A DNA stretch of 32,000 bases from Thermosulfurimonas dismutans (lineage in GTDB: Bacteria; Desulfobacterota; Thermodesulfobacteria; Thermodesulfobacteriales; Thermodesulfobacteriaceae). This document shows positions 17,222 to 26,557 of this stretch, one piece after another; positions within the stretch are counted from its first letter, which is position 1, and each line of letters begins with the position of its first letter. Position numbers and translations under genes: made by a program. The notes under the pieces were generated by a model. That model saw only the letters and a list, made by a program, of their open reading frames with translations. It had not been told where the DNA came from and did no database searches. Location of the stretch: assembly GCF_001652585.1 (NCBI RefSeq), contig NZ_LWLG01000006.1, positions 62,684 through 94,683 on the forward strand, written 5' to 3'.

Positions 17222-17902
17222 AGACACCCCTAGGTCTGGTTCTCGGAAAAATTCGATGAAGAAACGGATCAAACCATAAAGCACCATAAAAAGAGCCAGT
17301 TTTGTCCCCGAAGCCCAAGGTTTACGCCTTACGGACCAAAGCACAAGGAAGAGCACCAGGCCTTCCCCCAGAGCTTCGTAAAGCTGTGAAGGATGTCGCG
17401 GCACCGGGCCACCGGCCGGAAAGATCATGGCCCAGGGAACATCCGTAGGTCTGCCGAAAAGCTCTCCGTTTATAAAGTTTCCTAAGCGGCCGAGACCAAG
17501 ACCTATGGGGACCGTGACCACCAGAAGATCCGCCCACCAGAAGAAGGAAAGCCGATGTCGACGGGCATAAAGCCAGCCCGCTACCACCGCTCCGATAAGC
17601 CCTCCGTGAAAGGACATCCCTCCGTGCCAGACGGCAAAGATCTCAAGCGGATTCTTGAGGTAATAACCAGGATAATACAAAAGGACATGGCCCAATCTGG
17701 CCCCGACAATGAGGCCCACTCCTCCCCAAAAAAGGACGTTTTCGAGCACAGGATAGAGCTTCTTAAGCCCTCTTTCTCGGAGTTGATAACGGGCCAAAAA
17801 ATAGGCCGCCAGGAACCCTAAAAGATACATCAGTCCGTACCAGCGAACGGCCAAAGGACCAACCCTAAAGATTTCAGGATCTATACGGGGATAAGGAAGC
17901 AT
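17105..17902 (-). CDS. lgt: Prolipoprotein diacylglyceryl transferase
   Basis: RWYGLMYLLGF, WHGGMSFHGGLIG, GRLGNFINGELFGRPT and HPSQLYE motifs. I prefer the ATG at 17902 (MLPYPRIDPEIF, with GGAG 3 nt upstream) over the track start at 17950. Confidence 0.9.
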   Translation of the reverse strand: MLPYPRIDPEIFRVGPLAVRWYGLMYLLGFLAAYFLARYQLRERGLKKLYPVLENVLFWGGVGLIVGARLGHVLLYYPGYYLKNPLEIFAVWHGGMSFHGGLIGAVVAGWLYARRHRLSFFWWADLLVVTVPIGLGLGRLGNFINGELFGRPTDVPWAMIFPAGGPVPRHPSQLYEALGEGLVLFLVLWSVRRKPWASGTKLALFMVLYGLIRFFIEFFREPDLGVSLLFGWMTRGQVFCVLMVVLGGLLFWIRRGRKEGPYLSG

Positions 17903-17993
17903 GTCTCCATTATAAAACATGTTTTTTGGACGCAAAGCCTGGATCGTCAAATTTTTGGCTTTATCTTTTTAGAAAAAGGGGGAGGTAAGGACT

Positions 17994-18608
17994 ATGCCGA
18001 TAATTATTGGAGAGTCAGAAATTCAGGAAAGAGATCTAGATGCCAGAGCCTTAAGAGTCTTTCTAAAGGCCCTGGAGTTGCTAGGAGGTCCTAGGAAACT
18101 CATCGAACTACGCAATCTAACCTGGGTCACTAGCCTGATGGAAGCTTCTTACGCTGTAATCCTTGCGGAAGAAGGCCTCAAAACCGAAGATGAGATCGCG
18201 GCTTTCCTGGGGCTTACCCGCCAGACGGTTAGAAACATCCTGAGGGCTGATCCCGAACTCGTTATGATGAAGCTGGAAGGCGAACTTCGAGAAAAGACCC
18301 CCAAAGCCCATACCGCCGGAGGTCTTGCCAAATTGGCTTACCGAGAGATCAAAGAGGGTCGGGACGCCCTCATCTTTTTCTCGAGTCTGGTAGAAGAGGG
18401 GGCCCGACTACTCGGAGTGGGCTGGCCGGCGGAGGTCTTGGCCCGCCTAAAAGGTCTTCACTTTCCGGTTGCCGGAACCGAGATTGGACAAAGACTCAAA
18501 GGTCTAAAGGTTAAGGGAAAGGACCTCGGAGATATTGCGGCCACAAAAGATATTTATCATCATCCACGAGAAATCTTACAGGTACTTTCAGAAGCCTTGA
18601 AAGATTAA
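17994..18608 (+). CDS. Hypothetical protein with a putative helix-turn-helix (204 aa)
   Basis: A strong RBS (GGGGGAGG) precedes the ATG. The segment TEDEIAAFLGLTRQTVRNIL looks like an HTH. I recognised no family. Confidence 0.55.
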   Translation: MPIIIGESEIQERDLDARALRVFLKALELLGGPRKLIELRNLTWVTSLMEASYAVILAEEGLKTEDEIAAFLGLTRQTVRNILRADPELVMMKLEGELREKTPKAHTAGGLAKLAYREIKEGRDALIFFSSLVEEGARLLGVGWPAEVLARLKGLHFPVAGTEIGQRLKGLKVKGKDLGDIAATKDIYHHPREILQVLSEALKD

Positions 18609-19933
18609 TCCTTATACTTGATGTTCTCCTTCTGGGTCATCTGGCGCAGACGGGCTAAGGCCTTTTTTTCAATCTGCCGAATCCGCTCTCTGGAGACCCC
18701 AAAACGCTTGCCGATTTCCTCCAAGGTATATTCGCCCTCTTCCCCGATACCGAAACGCAGCCGGATAATTTTCTCCTCTCGGGGAGAAAGGGTAGAAAGG
18801 AGACTTCGGATCTTCTCCGAAAGATCCCGGTCCTTTACCTCCTCGTAAGGAGAAGGACTGTCCTTGTTCTCTATGAAGTCCCCCAGGGTGCTATCCTCGT
18901 CTCCGATGGGAAGCTCAAGGGAAACCGGCTCCCGTGAGGCCTCGAAGATGGCCAGAATCTTTTCCCGAGGAAGACCCGTACGTTCCGAAAGCTCGGCCGG
19001 GGTAGGTTCCCGACCCAGCTCCTTTACCAACTCGTAAAAGGCCTTAAAGAACTGACTGCGGAGCTCCAGAAAGTGGACTGGAAGGCGTATGGTGCGGGTC
19101 TTGTCCAAGATGGCCCGGGTAATAGCCTGCCGTATCCACCAAGAAGCGTAGGTACTAAACTTATTGCCCTTTCGATAATCGAATCGGAAGACCGCCCGCA
19201 TGAGACCCAGATTACCTTCCTGGATAAGATCTGCGAGAGGCAACCCTTGGCCGATATAGCGCTTGGCGATGGAAACCACCAAACGCAGATTGGCCCGCAC
19301 CATCTCGTCCTTGGCGGCCTCAATCTCGGAGACCCGGACTTTAACCTCCTCATAGAGTTTCTGGAGGCTCTCATCTCCAGGATACCTCTCTTTCATCTCC
19401 TCAATGGAGTTGACCAGAAAGTTCAGGAGACTCTTCTTAGGCTTGAGACCCGGATCTCGCTTTCTCCAGAGGGCAATTTCAGCCCTTAGGGCCTCCATTT
19501 CGGGGACTTGGGAAGGATGTTTTTCCACCGCCTCTATAATGGCATAAAACCCACCTCTAATAATTTTGGAGAGCTCGGCTTCCCGCTCCGGGGTAAGAAG
19601 AGGGTATTTGCCCATCTCCTTGAGATAAAGGCTGGTCACCTCTTCGGATTCGGAGGGCTCTTCTTCCTCGCCTGCCTCAAGCTCACTTTCCGAAAGGGTA
19701 GAAAGCTCCTGAATCTTCTTCTGAGCCTCTTTTTCTATCCAATCTTCTTTTTCGTAGAGTTGCTTCTCGTCTAGGATTTCAATATTGTTCTTGGAAAGAA
19801 AATCAAAAATTTCTTCAATTTTATCGGGATCGTCGTAATTCTCAGGTAAAATCTCGTTCAAGGCTTCGTAAGTAATAGCTCCATTCTTGCCCATCTCCAG
19901 AAGCTTCTTTTCAAGCTCCTTCTTGGTACTCAT
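18605..19933 (-). CDS. rpoD: RNA polymerase primary sigma factor (sigma-70 family)
   Basis: Region 2 (DLIQEGNLGLMRAVFRFDYRKGNKFSTYASWWIRQAITRAI), region 3, and region 4 (TLEEIGKRFGVSRERIRQIEKKAL), preceded by an acidic region-1 spacer. Confidence 0.93.
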   Translation of the reverse strand: MSTKKELEKKLLEMGKNGAITYEALNEILPENYDDPDKIEEIFDFLSKNNIEILDEKQLYEKEDWIEKEAQKKIQELSTLSESELEAGEEEEPSESEEVTSLYLKEMGKYPLLTPEREAELSKIIRGGFYAIIEAVEKHPSQVPEMEALRAEIALWRKRDPGLKPKKSLLNFLVNSIEEMKERYPGDESLQKLYEEVKVRVSEIEAAKDEMVRANLRLVVSIAKRYIGQGLPLADLIQEGNLGLMRAVFRFDYRKGNKFSTYASWWIRQAITRAILDKTRTIRLPVHFLELRSQFFKAFYELVKELGREPTPAELSERTGLPREKILAIFEASREPVSLELPIGDEDSTLGDFIENKDSPSPYEEVKDRDLSEKIRSLLSTLSPREEKIIRLRFGIGEEGEYTLEEIGKRFGVSRERIRQIEKKALARLRQMTQKENIKYKD

Positions 19934-19995
19934 TAGACTTCACCCACCCTTCACCAAAAGTTTGAACTTATAGTTTTTAACAAACAAAAACCCCT

Positions 19996-20023
19996 TTGAC
20001 AAGTCCTCCTTTAATGTTAAACA
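19996..20023 (+). promoter_or_regulatory. Candidate promoter for the 20043 gene
   Basis: A perfect -35 TTGACA at 19996-20001, a 16-nt spacer, then an extended -10-like TGtTAAACA at 20015-20023. This implies a short SD-less leader of about 13 nt. Sequence match only. Confidence 0.3.
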
Positions 20024-20042
20024 TCAAAATAAAAAAGTCAAA

Positions 20043-20759
20043 ATGGCGGATACAAAAAGGCTTATCAAGTTAGTCCATTATATGCTGGTCTACCGACCCG
20101 ATGAGTTCGGTCTCATACCCGATAATGAGGGTTTTGTAAAGATCAAAGACTTACATTTGGCTATCACCGAAACCGACGGCTTCCGAGGGGTTAGACGAAA
20201 AGAACTTGAAAGCCTCTTTGAAGTCTTTGCACGAGAACGGTTTGAGTATCGTCGAGATCTCGGTCTGGTAAGGACTAAAGATCAAGTCCAGTTTACTGGG
20301 GTGGAGTATACCGAAAACCCTCCCGCTCGACTCTACCTTCCAGTCAAACCCAGAGCCTGGCTCCATATCTCCGAGAAGGGTTGGCAACGACCCGACCAAG
20401 CGATTATGACCCCAGACAAGGATCTGGCAAAAAAACTCGCCCGGAGAAAGGGGGCCCTTTTGATCGAAGTGGATACCACTATCGCCCGAGAGGAGGGGGG
20501 CATCTTCTTTCGGTTCATCGAAAAACTTTACCTTTCCCCCTGGCTTCCGGCCAAGGCCTTGCGCGGCCCGAAAGTAGACGAAAAATTTCGGGCCCGCTAC
20601 GCCCCCAAACCAAAGGCAGAACCTGAGCCCGAACCCATTATCCCATTCCGACCCGATACTCAACTCCCAGAACTCCCCTACCGCAAGATCACTCGTGGAA
20701 AAAAGAAAAAAATCCCCTGGAAAACAGGACGAAAGGAAAAGAAAAAAGGAGATTGGTAA
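20043..20759 (+). CDS. Tpt1/KptA-like (RNA 2'-phosphotransferase fold) protein lacking the catalytic residues, with a lysine-rich C-terminal tail
   Basis: The N-terminus LIKLVHYMLVYRPDEFGLIPDNEGFVKIKDL parallels the KptA segment [27 protein letters not shown]. The Arg-His of the LRH motif reads VY here, and the HGT motif reads LPV. The C-terminus is PKPKAEPEPEP followed by RGKKKKIPWKTGRKEKKKGDW. Confidence 0.5.
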   Translation: MADTKRLIKLVHYMLVYRPDEFGLIPDNEGFVKIKDLHLAITETDGFRGVRRKELESLFEVFARERFEYRRDLGLVRTKDQVQFTGVEYTENPPARLYLPVKPRAWLHISEKGWQRPDQAIMTPDKDLAKKLARRKGALLIEVDTTIAREEGGIFFRFIEKLYLSPWLPAKALRGPKVDEKFRARYAPKPKAEPEPEPIIPFRPDTQLPELPYRKITRGKKKKIPWKTGRKEKKKGDW

Positions 20760-20825
20760 AGATCGCAAATCAATTAAGGGTTGCTTTATAGGCGAAGGGG
20801 TTTATAGTTGAGGAAGGGGGAAAGG

Positions 20826-22163
20826 ATGAAAAAAGGCTTATGGTTGCTACTCTGGCTTTGTTTTTGGCCGGGCTTCCTTAAAGCCGAGACCTTAACTTTA
20901 TCAAAGATTTATGAGTTGGCCTTAAGCAGGCACCCTTTGATCCGGGCGGCTGAGGCCGAGGTTGAGGCCGCTAGGGCCGGAGTGCGCGAAGCCAAGGGGG
21001 CCTTCTTGCCACAGATCGATCTCCGAGAGCTTTACGCTCGCACGGACAGCCCGCCCCAGGTCTTTTCTTACAAGCTCGCTCAAAAGAATTTTAAACCGGA
21101 GGACTTTTTAATCGATCGTTTGAACCATCCTACAGACTATTCCAACTGGAAGACACAGCTGGTAATCACCCAACCCATCTTCAATCAAGGCAGGGAAATC
21201 ATAGGCTATCGCAAGGCCATGGTGGCCCTTTCGCAGGCGGAAGACTATCTTCAGGCGGTGCGGCATCGGGTCCTTTTCGAGGCCGAGTCTGCCTACCTCA
21301 GATTAAGATTGGCTCAGGAAAGAGTAGCCGTCTTGGAAGAGGCCGTACGGACTGCCAGGGAGAACCTTCGAGTGGTGGAGAGGCGATATGCCGCGGGCCA
21401 GGCCCTCAAGTCCGACCTTCTGGAAGCTCAGGTCTTCCTCTCCAGGCAGGAAAAGGATCTTGAGTCTGCCAGACACGAGCTCGAGGTGGCGGCCTCAGCC
21501 CTGAACTTGGCCTTAGGGCTTCCGCTCGACACTCGGTGGGAGATCCCAGAGGAGGCTATTCAAGTCCCCAAGGAGATTAAGTCACTCGAAAACTGGTTAA
21601 CCCTTGCCCGTCAGAATCGACCGGATCTCAGGATCATAAAACACCGAAAGCGTCTCTCTGAGCTCGATCTCAAGGAAGCCCGCTATCGGTTCCTGCCCTC
21701 GCTTAATCTCAAGGGTATCTACGAGAAGAACTCCGAAGATCCTCTAGGGGGAGGCGCCGATGGCGAAGCTTACATCTTCTTGGCTGAGCTAAATTTCAAT
21801 CTCTTCAAAGGTTTCCAAGACAAGGCTCGGTTGGCTAAAGCCAGGGCTAGGCTCCTCTCGGAAAAAGAGAAACTCCGACAATACCAGCGAGAGGTGGAAC
21901 ATCAGGTACGGGAAGCCTATAGTCGTCTCCTTACGGCCCGGAGAGAAGTAATGGTCACAGAGAAGGCCGTAGCTCGGGCCGAGGAGGGCTTAAGGATCAT
22001 ACGTAAACGGTACGAAGCCGGACTTTCGCTTCTGGTGGAACTCCAAGATGCCGAAACAGCCCTGAAACGGGCGCGACTTCTCCATCTGGAAGCTCTTTAC
22101 GGTGAGAGGCAGGCCTTTAGCCGTCTGCGCTACGTCTCGGGAACTATAGGAGGCACACCATGA
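20826..22163 (+). CDS. TolC-family outer-membrane efflux protein
   Basis: Signal peptide MKKGLWLLLWLCFWPGFLKA, then two repeated coiled-coil halves typical of OEP/TolC. The ATG at 20826 is preceded by GGAAGGGGGAAAGG. The track start at 20808 is a TTG. Confidence 0.85.
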   Translation: MKKGLWLLLWLCFWPGFLKAETLTLSKIYELALSRHPLIRAAEAEVEAARAGVREAKGAFLPQIDLRELYARTDSPPQVFSYKLAQKNFKPEDFLIDRLNHPTDYSNWKTQLVITQPIFNQGREIIGYRKAMVALSQAEDYLQAVRHRVLFEAESAYLRLRLAQERVAVLEEAVRTARENLRVVERRYAAGQALKSDLLEAQVFLSRQEKDLESARHELEVAASALNLALGLPLDTRWEIPEEAIQVPKEIKSLENWLTLARQNRPDLRIIKHRKRLSELDLKEARYRFLPSLNLKGIYEKNSEDPLGGGADGEAYIFLAELNFNLFKGFQDKARLAKARARLLSEKEKLRQYQREVEHQVREAYSRLLTARREVMVTEKAVARAEEGLRIIRKRYEAGLSLLVELQDAETALKRARLLHLEALYGERQAFSRLRYVSGTIGGTP

Positions 22164-23320
22164 AAATTTTCAAATGGTTGGTTCCGATCTTTCTGGTGGT
22201 CTTTCTCTCGGCCTGTGGTCATCGGGAATCCGAAACCGAAAGACCCAAAGGCCGGACCATTAAAGCCGAGCTCTATACGACTTCCACGGTAGAAATCTCC
22301 CTCCTGCGCGAGCTTCCGGGAACGGTGGAGGCTAAGGTGCGGGCCAAACTCTCTTCCAAGGTGGCTGGATTCTTGAAAGAAATCCGCGTAGAAGAGGGCG
22401 ACCGGGTCAAAAAAGGCGATCTCCTGCTAAGGATCGAGGATCGAGATATCAGAGATAAAATAAGGGCTTTGAGGGCGGGCATTTTAGCTGCCCAAAAGGA
22501 TCTTGCGGAGGTTTCGGCCCGACTGGCTTTTGCCCGGGCAGAATTTGAGCGCTACCGCAAACTTTTTGAGGAAGAAGCTGTCACGGCTCAAGAGTTCGAA
22601 GCCAAAAAATCCGAATACGAGGCCCTCTCGGCCAGAAAGGGAGCCCTTTCGGCTCGCATCAAAGAGCTTCGAGCCAGGCTTTCGGAAGCCGAAAGCCTTC
22701 TACCTTACACTACCATTCGGTCTCCCTTCGATGGCCAGGTCCTGCGCAAATGGGTAGATACCGGAAGTTTCGTTAATCCCGGCCAGCCTTTACTTGAAAT
22801 CGAGGACACCACTTCGGGAAGGAGGGTGGTCTTCCATCCTGAGGAAACTTTATTTTCTACGATAAAACCAGGGCTCGAAGTCTTCGTACGATTTCCGGCA
22901 AAAGGTAAGGCCTTAAGGGTTTGGATAACGGAAGTGGTCCCGGAGGTAGATCCCCAGACCCGGACCTTCACCGCCAAGGCCGATCTTCCCAAGAATTACC
23001 AGGTATTGTCTGGAAACTATGTGCAAGTGTTTGTCCCCACAGGCAAGACTTCAAGGATTCTGGTACCGAAAACGGCCCTAATCAATCGGGGAGGATTCTA
23101 CGGCGTCTTCGTAGCCGACAAAAGTGGCGTTCTTCACTTTCGGGTCATTCGCATCGGAAAAACCTTCTATCAGGAAGGTGCAAACTTTCTGCCGGTCTGT
23201 CTGAAGACCGATTGTAAGGCTTATGTAGAAGTCCTTTCCGGTCTCCATCCTGGGGAAAAAGTGGTGGTCAAGCCTCCGGAGGGCGTTCGCGAGGGAGATC
23301 GGATAGCCGAGGGAGCTTAG
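22160..23320 (+). CDS. Efflux RND transporter periplasmic adaptor subunit (HlyD/MFP family), lipoprotein
   Basis: LSAC lipobox, a biotinyl-lipoyl-like motif (VEEGDRVKKGDLLLRIED), a coiled-coil hairpin, and IRSPFDGQV. A 4-nt overlap links it to the upstream gene. Confidence 0.88.
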   Translation: MKIFKWLVPIFLVVFLSACGHRESETERPKGRTIKAELYTTSTVEISLLRELPGTVEAKVRAKLSSKVAGFLKEIRVEEGDRVKKGDLLLRIEDRDIRDKIRALRAGILAAQKDLAEVSARLAFARAEFERYRKLFEEEAVTAQEFEAKKSEYEALSARKGALSARIKELRARLSEAESLLPYTTIRSPFDGQVLRKWVDTGSFVNPGQPLLEIEDTTSGRRVVFHPEETLFSTIKPGLEVFVRFPAKGKALRVWITEVVPEVDPQTRTFTAKADLPKNYQVLSGNYVQVFVPTGKTSRILVPKTALINRGGFYGVFVADKSGVLHFRVIRIGKTFYQEGANFLPVCLKTDCKAYVEVLSGLHPGEKVVVKPPEGVREGDRIAEGA

Positions 23321-23323
23321 GAA

Positions 23324-26300
23324 ATGGTAGATCGCGGCGGTTTCATTGCTCGCATAACGGAATACTTCGTAGACTCCAAACTCACACCTCTTATCATCCT
23401 GGCCATGCTCTGCCTGGGAGTAATGGCCATCGTGAACACTCCCAGTGAAGAGGAACCCCAGATCGTAGTCCCCATGATCGACATTTTCGTGGAGATGCCG
23501 GGAGCCACAGCAGAAGAGGTGGAAAAGCGGGTCGTCACTCCTATGGAAAAGCTCCTCTGGGAAATACCGGGAGTGGAATACGTATATTCCACGGCCTACA
23601 ATGGACGGGCGCTTACGGTAGTGCGTTTCTATGTGGGCGAAGACACCGAAGAGAGTCTAGTCAAGACCTATACCAAGCTCTATCAGCATTTGGACTGGAT
23701 CCCTCCGGGTTGCTCCCATCCCATTCTGAAACCACGTTCCATTGACGACGTCCCTATCGTGACCCTCACCTTTTGGGGAGAGGGTTATGACGCCTTCCGA
23801 CTGCGCCAGATCGTAGCCCGGGTGGACGACGAGATCCGCAACATCCCGGGGATCTCAGAAACCTTCATCAAAGGGGGGCTGAGGCGCGAGGTCCGAATAG
23901 AACTTGAACCGGACCGAATTTATGCCCTAGGGCTTGATCCCGTAGACGTAGCCCAGGCCATCTATACCCAAAACAAGGCCCGAGTACTGGGTGAGTTCCG
24001 TCAAAACTCGCAGAGTTTTCAGGTTCGCCTTGCCAATTTCTTTTCGGACATTCGGGATCTGGAAAACACGATCATAAAAACCGTAGCCGGCCGGCCGGTT
24101 TATCTCAGGGACGTTGCCCGGATCGTGGACGGACCCGAAGAGCCTGAAAACTATGTCTTCATGGTACCCGGGCCGGCGGCCAAAGCTAAAGAGATAGAAG
24201 GTGAGCTCGGGAAACTCTATCCTGCGGTAACGCTTGCCGTCGCCAAGCGCAAGGGTTGGAACGCCACTCGCCTGGCCGAAAAGATCCTCCAAAAAGTGGA
24301 AGCCCTTAAGGGGGATCTCATCCCCGAGGACCTCAAGATCACCGTCACCCGCAACTATGGAGAGACCGCCCGGGAAAAGACCAACGAGCTCCTAGAACAC
24401 CTCCTCATCGCCACGGTTTCGGTAGCGGTCTTAATAGCCCTCTTCCTAGGGGTGCGGGCCAGCCTGGTAGTCTTGGTGGCCGTACCGGTAACCTTGGCCA
24501 TTACCCTCTTTGTTTACTGGTTCTATGGCTATACCCTGAACCGGGTCACCCTTTTTGCCCTAATATTCTGCATCGGTATTTTAGTAGATGACCCCATCGT
24601 GGACGTGGAAAACATCGTCCGCCATCTTCATCTCCCGGAAAATGCTGGGCGTCCTTTCCGGGAGGTCATCATTCGGGCGGTAAACGAAGTCCGGGCCCCC
24701 CTTATCCTGGCCACCTTTACAGTCATTGCGGCTATTGCTCCTATGGGATTCGTACGGGGACTTATGGGCCCCTATATGCGCCCCATGCCGGTAGGCGCTT
24801 CGGTGGCCATGCTCCTTTCTATGGTGGTGGCCTTTGTGATCACCCCTTGGACAGCCTACCACCTCCTTCCCCGGAACATTAAACACGAACACCGCGAGAC
24901 CCTCCTCACCCGCTACTATCGTTGGCTGATGGGGCACCTTATACGCAGTCCTCGCTGGCGCTGGACCTTTCTCTTCATGGTGGGAGGGCTCTTTTTCCTC
25001 TCTTGCTCCCTTATTTATTTCAAACTGGTCTATGTGAAAATGTTACCCTTTGACAATAAGAGCGAATTTCAGGTGCTCATCGATATGCCGGAGGGGACCA
25101 CCCTTGAAACTACGGCCAGGGTGGCCGAGGAGGTGGCCCGTGCGTTAATGGAGGAACCCTATATCACGGATATGGAACTCTACATTGGTACGGCGGCCCC
25201 CTTCAATTTCAACGGGCTTATCCGACATTACTATCTCCGGCAGGGAGATCACGTAGCCGACATTCAGGTAAACTTGATCCCCAAACATGAAAGAAAACTC
25301 CAGAGCCACGACATCGCCAAAAGGGTAAGGCCTCTGGTGGTAGAGGTAGCCCGCAGATACGGGGCCAGGATTACGGTGGCCGAAATACCCCCTGGGCCTC
25401 CCGTGCTTCAGTCGCTCGTGGCCGAGGTCTACGGGCCGGATTACAAAAAACAGATCGAGCTGGCCCGAAAGATACGAGAGATCTTTGAGAACACCCCCGG
25501 TGTAGTGGATGTGGACTGGTACATGACCGAACCGCAAATCGAATGGCGTCTGGTCATAGACCGTAAGAAAGCGGCCCTCTCCGGAATTACACCGGAAAGG
25601 GTACTTTCGGCTATGGAAATAGCTCTCCCAGGAAAGATCCTGGGCCTCTTCCATGATCCCAAAGCCAAAGAAGATGTCTTTCTCAAGCTCCGTTTCCCTC
25701 AAGCTGAAAGGTCAGCTTTACCAGACCTCTCTGAACTTAAGGTCAGGAGCTTTTCCGGAGAACTGGTCTCAGTCTCAGAGATAGCCCGTTGGGAGAAGAC
25801 GGTGGTGCCCCATCCCATTTACCACAAGAACCTCCACCGAGTGGTCTATGTGGTGGGAGATCTCGCCGGAAAAGAAGAGGCTCCGGTTTACGGTATATTC
25901 AAGATCAACCAGGCTCTGAAAGATCTCAAAGCCCCGGACGGAGGCCCCATCAAAATTTACTATACCCGCCTTCCCTTCTCAGAGAGGGAGTGGGCCATAA
26001 AATGGGACGGGGAGTGGCATGTAACCTATGAAGTTTTCCGGGATCTGGGGCTGGCTTTCGGGGCCTGTCTGATCCTCATCTATCTCCTGGTAGTGGCCTG
26101 GTTTAAATCCTACACCGTACCGCTGGTGATCTTGGCCCCTATTCCCCTTTCCTTGATTGGTATCCTTCCGGCCCATGCCCTCATGGGGGCCTTCTTTACG
26201 GCCACCTCCATGATCGGTTTCATTGCCGGGGCTGGTATTGTAGTGCGGAATTCCATCATTCTTGCGGACTTCATTGAACTTCGCCTTAAAGAGGGCTACA

Positions 26301-26533
26301 GCCTAGAGGAAGCCGTGATCGACGCCGGAGCCATTCGTTTCCGCCCCATGCTCCTTACGGCCGCGGCGGTGGTGGTGGGAAGCTTCGTCATCCTCTTCGA
26401 CCCTATCTTCAACGGCCTGGCCTTGTCGCTCATGTCCGGTGAGGTCGCCTCCACCCTCTTCTCCCGGATGGTAGTCCCCATCCTCTACTATCTGGATCAC
26501 CGCATCAAAAAGGAACGTCGGCTGGTGCTCTAG
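23324..26533 (+). CDS. Efflux RND transporter permease subunit (AcrB/AcrD/AcrF superfamily)
   Basis: 1069 aa with a 12-TM two-fold repeat architecture. GILVDDPIVDVENIVRH lies in TM4 and VRNSIILADFIE in the second repeat. Confidence 0.92.
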   Translation: MVDRGGFIARITEYFVDSKLTPLIILAMLCLGVMAIVNTPSEEEPQIVVPMIDIFVEMPGATAEEVEKRVVTPMEKLLWEIPGVEYVYSTAYNGRALTVVRFYVGEDTEESLVKTYTKLYQHLDWIPPGCSHPILKPRSIDDVPIVTLTFWGEGYDAFRLRQIVARVDDEIRNIPGISETFIKGGLRREVRIELEPDRIYALGLDPVDVAQAIYTQNKARVLGEFRQNSQSFQVRLANFFSDIRDLENTIIKTVAGRPVYLRDVARIVDGPEEPENYVFMVPGPAAKAKEIEGELGKLYPAVTLAVAKRKGWNATRLAEKILQKVEALKGDLIPEDLKITVTRNYGETAREKTNELLEHLLIATVSVAVLIALFLGVRASLVVLVAVPVTLAITLFVYWFYGYTLNRVTLFALIFCIGILVDDPIVDVENIVRHLHLPENAGRPFREVIIRAVNEVRAPLILATFTVIAAIAPMGFVRGLMGPYMRPMPVGASVAMLLSMVVAFVITPWTAYHLLPRNIKHEHRETLLTRYYRWLMGHLIRSPRWRWTFLFMVGGLFFLSCSLIYFKLVYVKMLPFDNKSEFQVLIDMPEGTTLETTARVAEEVARALMEEPYITDMELYIGTAAPFNFNGLIRHYYLRQGDHVADIQVNLIPKHERKLQSHDIAKRVRPLVVEVARRYGARITVAEIPPGPPVLQSLVAEVYGPDYKKQIELARKIREIFENTPGVVDVDWYMTEPQIEWRLVIDRKKAALSGITPERVLSAMEIALPGKILGLFHDPKAKEDVFLKLRFPQAERSALPDLSELKVRSFSGELVSVSEIARWEKTVVPHPIYHKNLHRVVYVVGDLAGKEEAPVYGIFKINQALKDLKAPDGGPIKIYYTRLPFSEREWAIKWDGEWHVTYEVFRDLGLAFGACLILIYLLVVAWFKSYTVPLVILAPIPLSLIGILPAHALMGAFFTATSMIGFIAGAGIVVRNSIILADFIELRLKEGYSLEEAVIDAGAIRFRPMLLTAAAVVVGSFVILFDPIFNGLALSLMSGEVASTLFSRMVVPILYYLDHRIKKERRLVL

Positions 26534-26557
26534 GCCTTGGTATGGTAATAAACGAGT

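Noticed and set aside
20151-20768. A 205-aa minus-strand ORF fully antisense to the Tpt1-like gene
   Set aside because: The translation is F/S/G-rich and low in complexity, with no recognisable motif. The plus-strand product shows similarity to a known fold.
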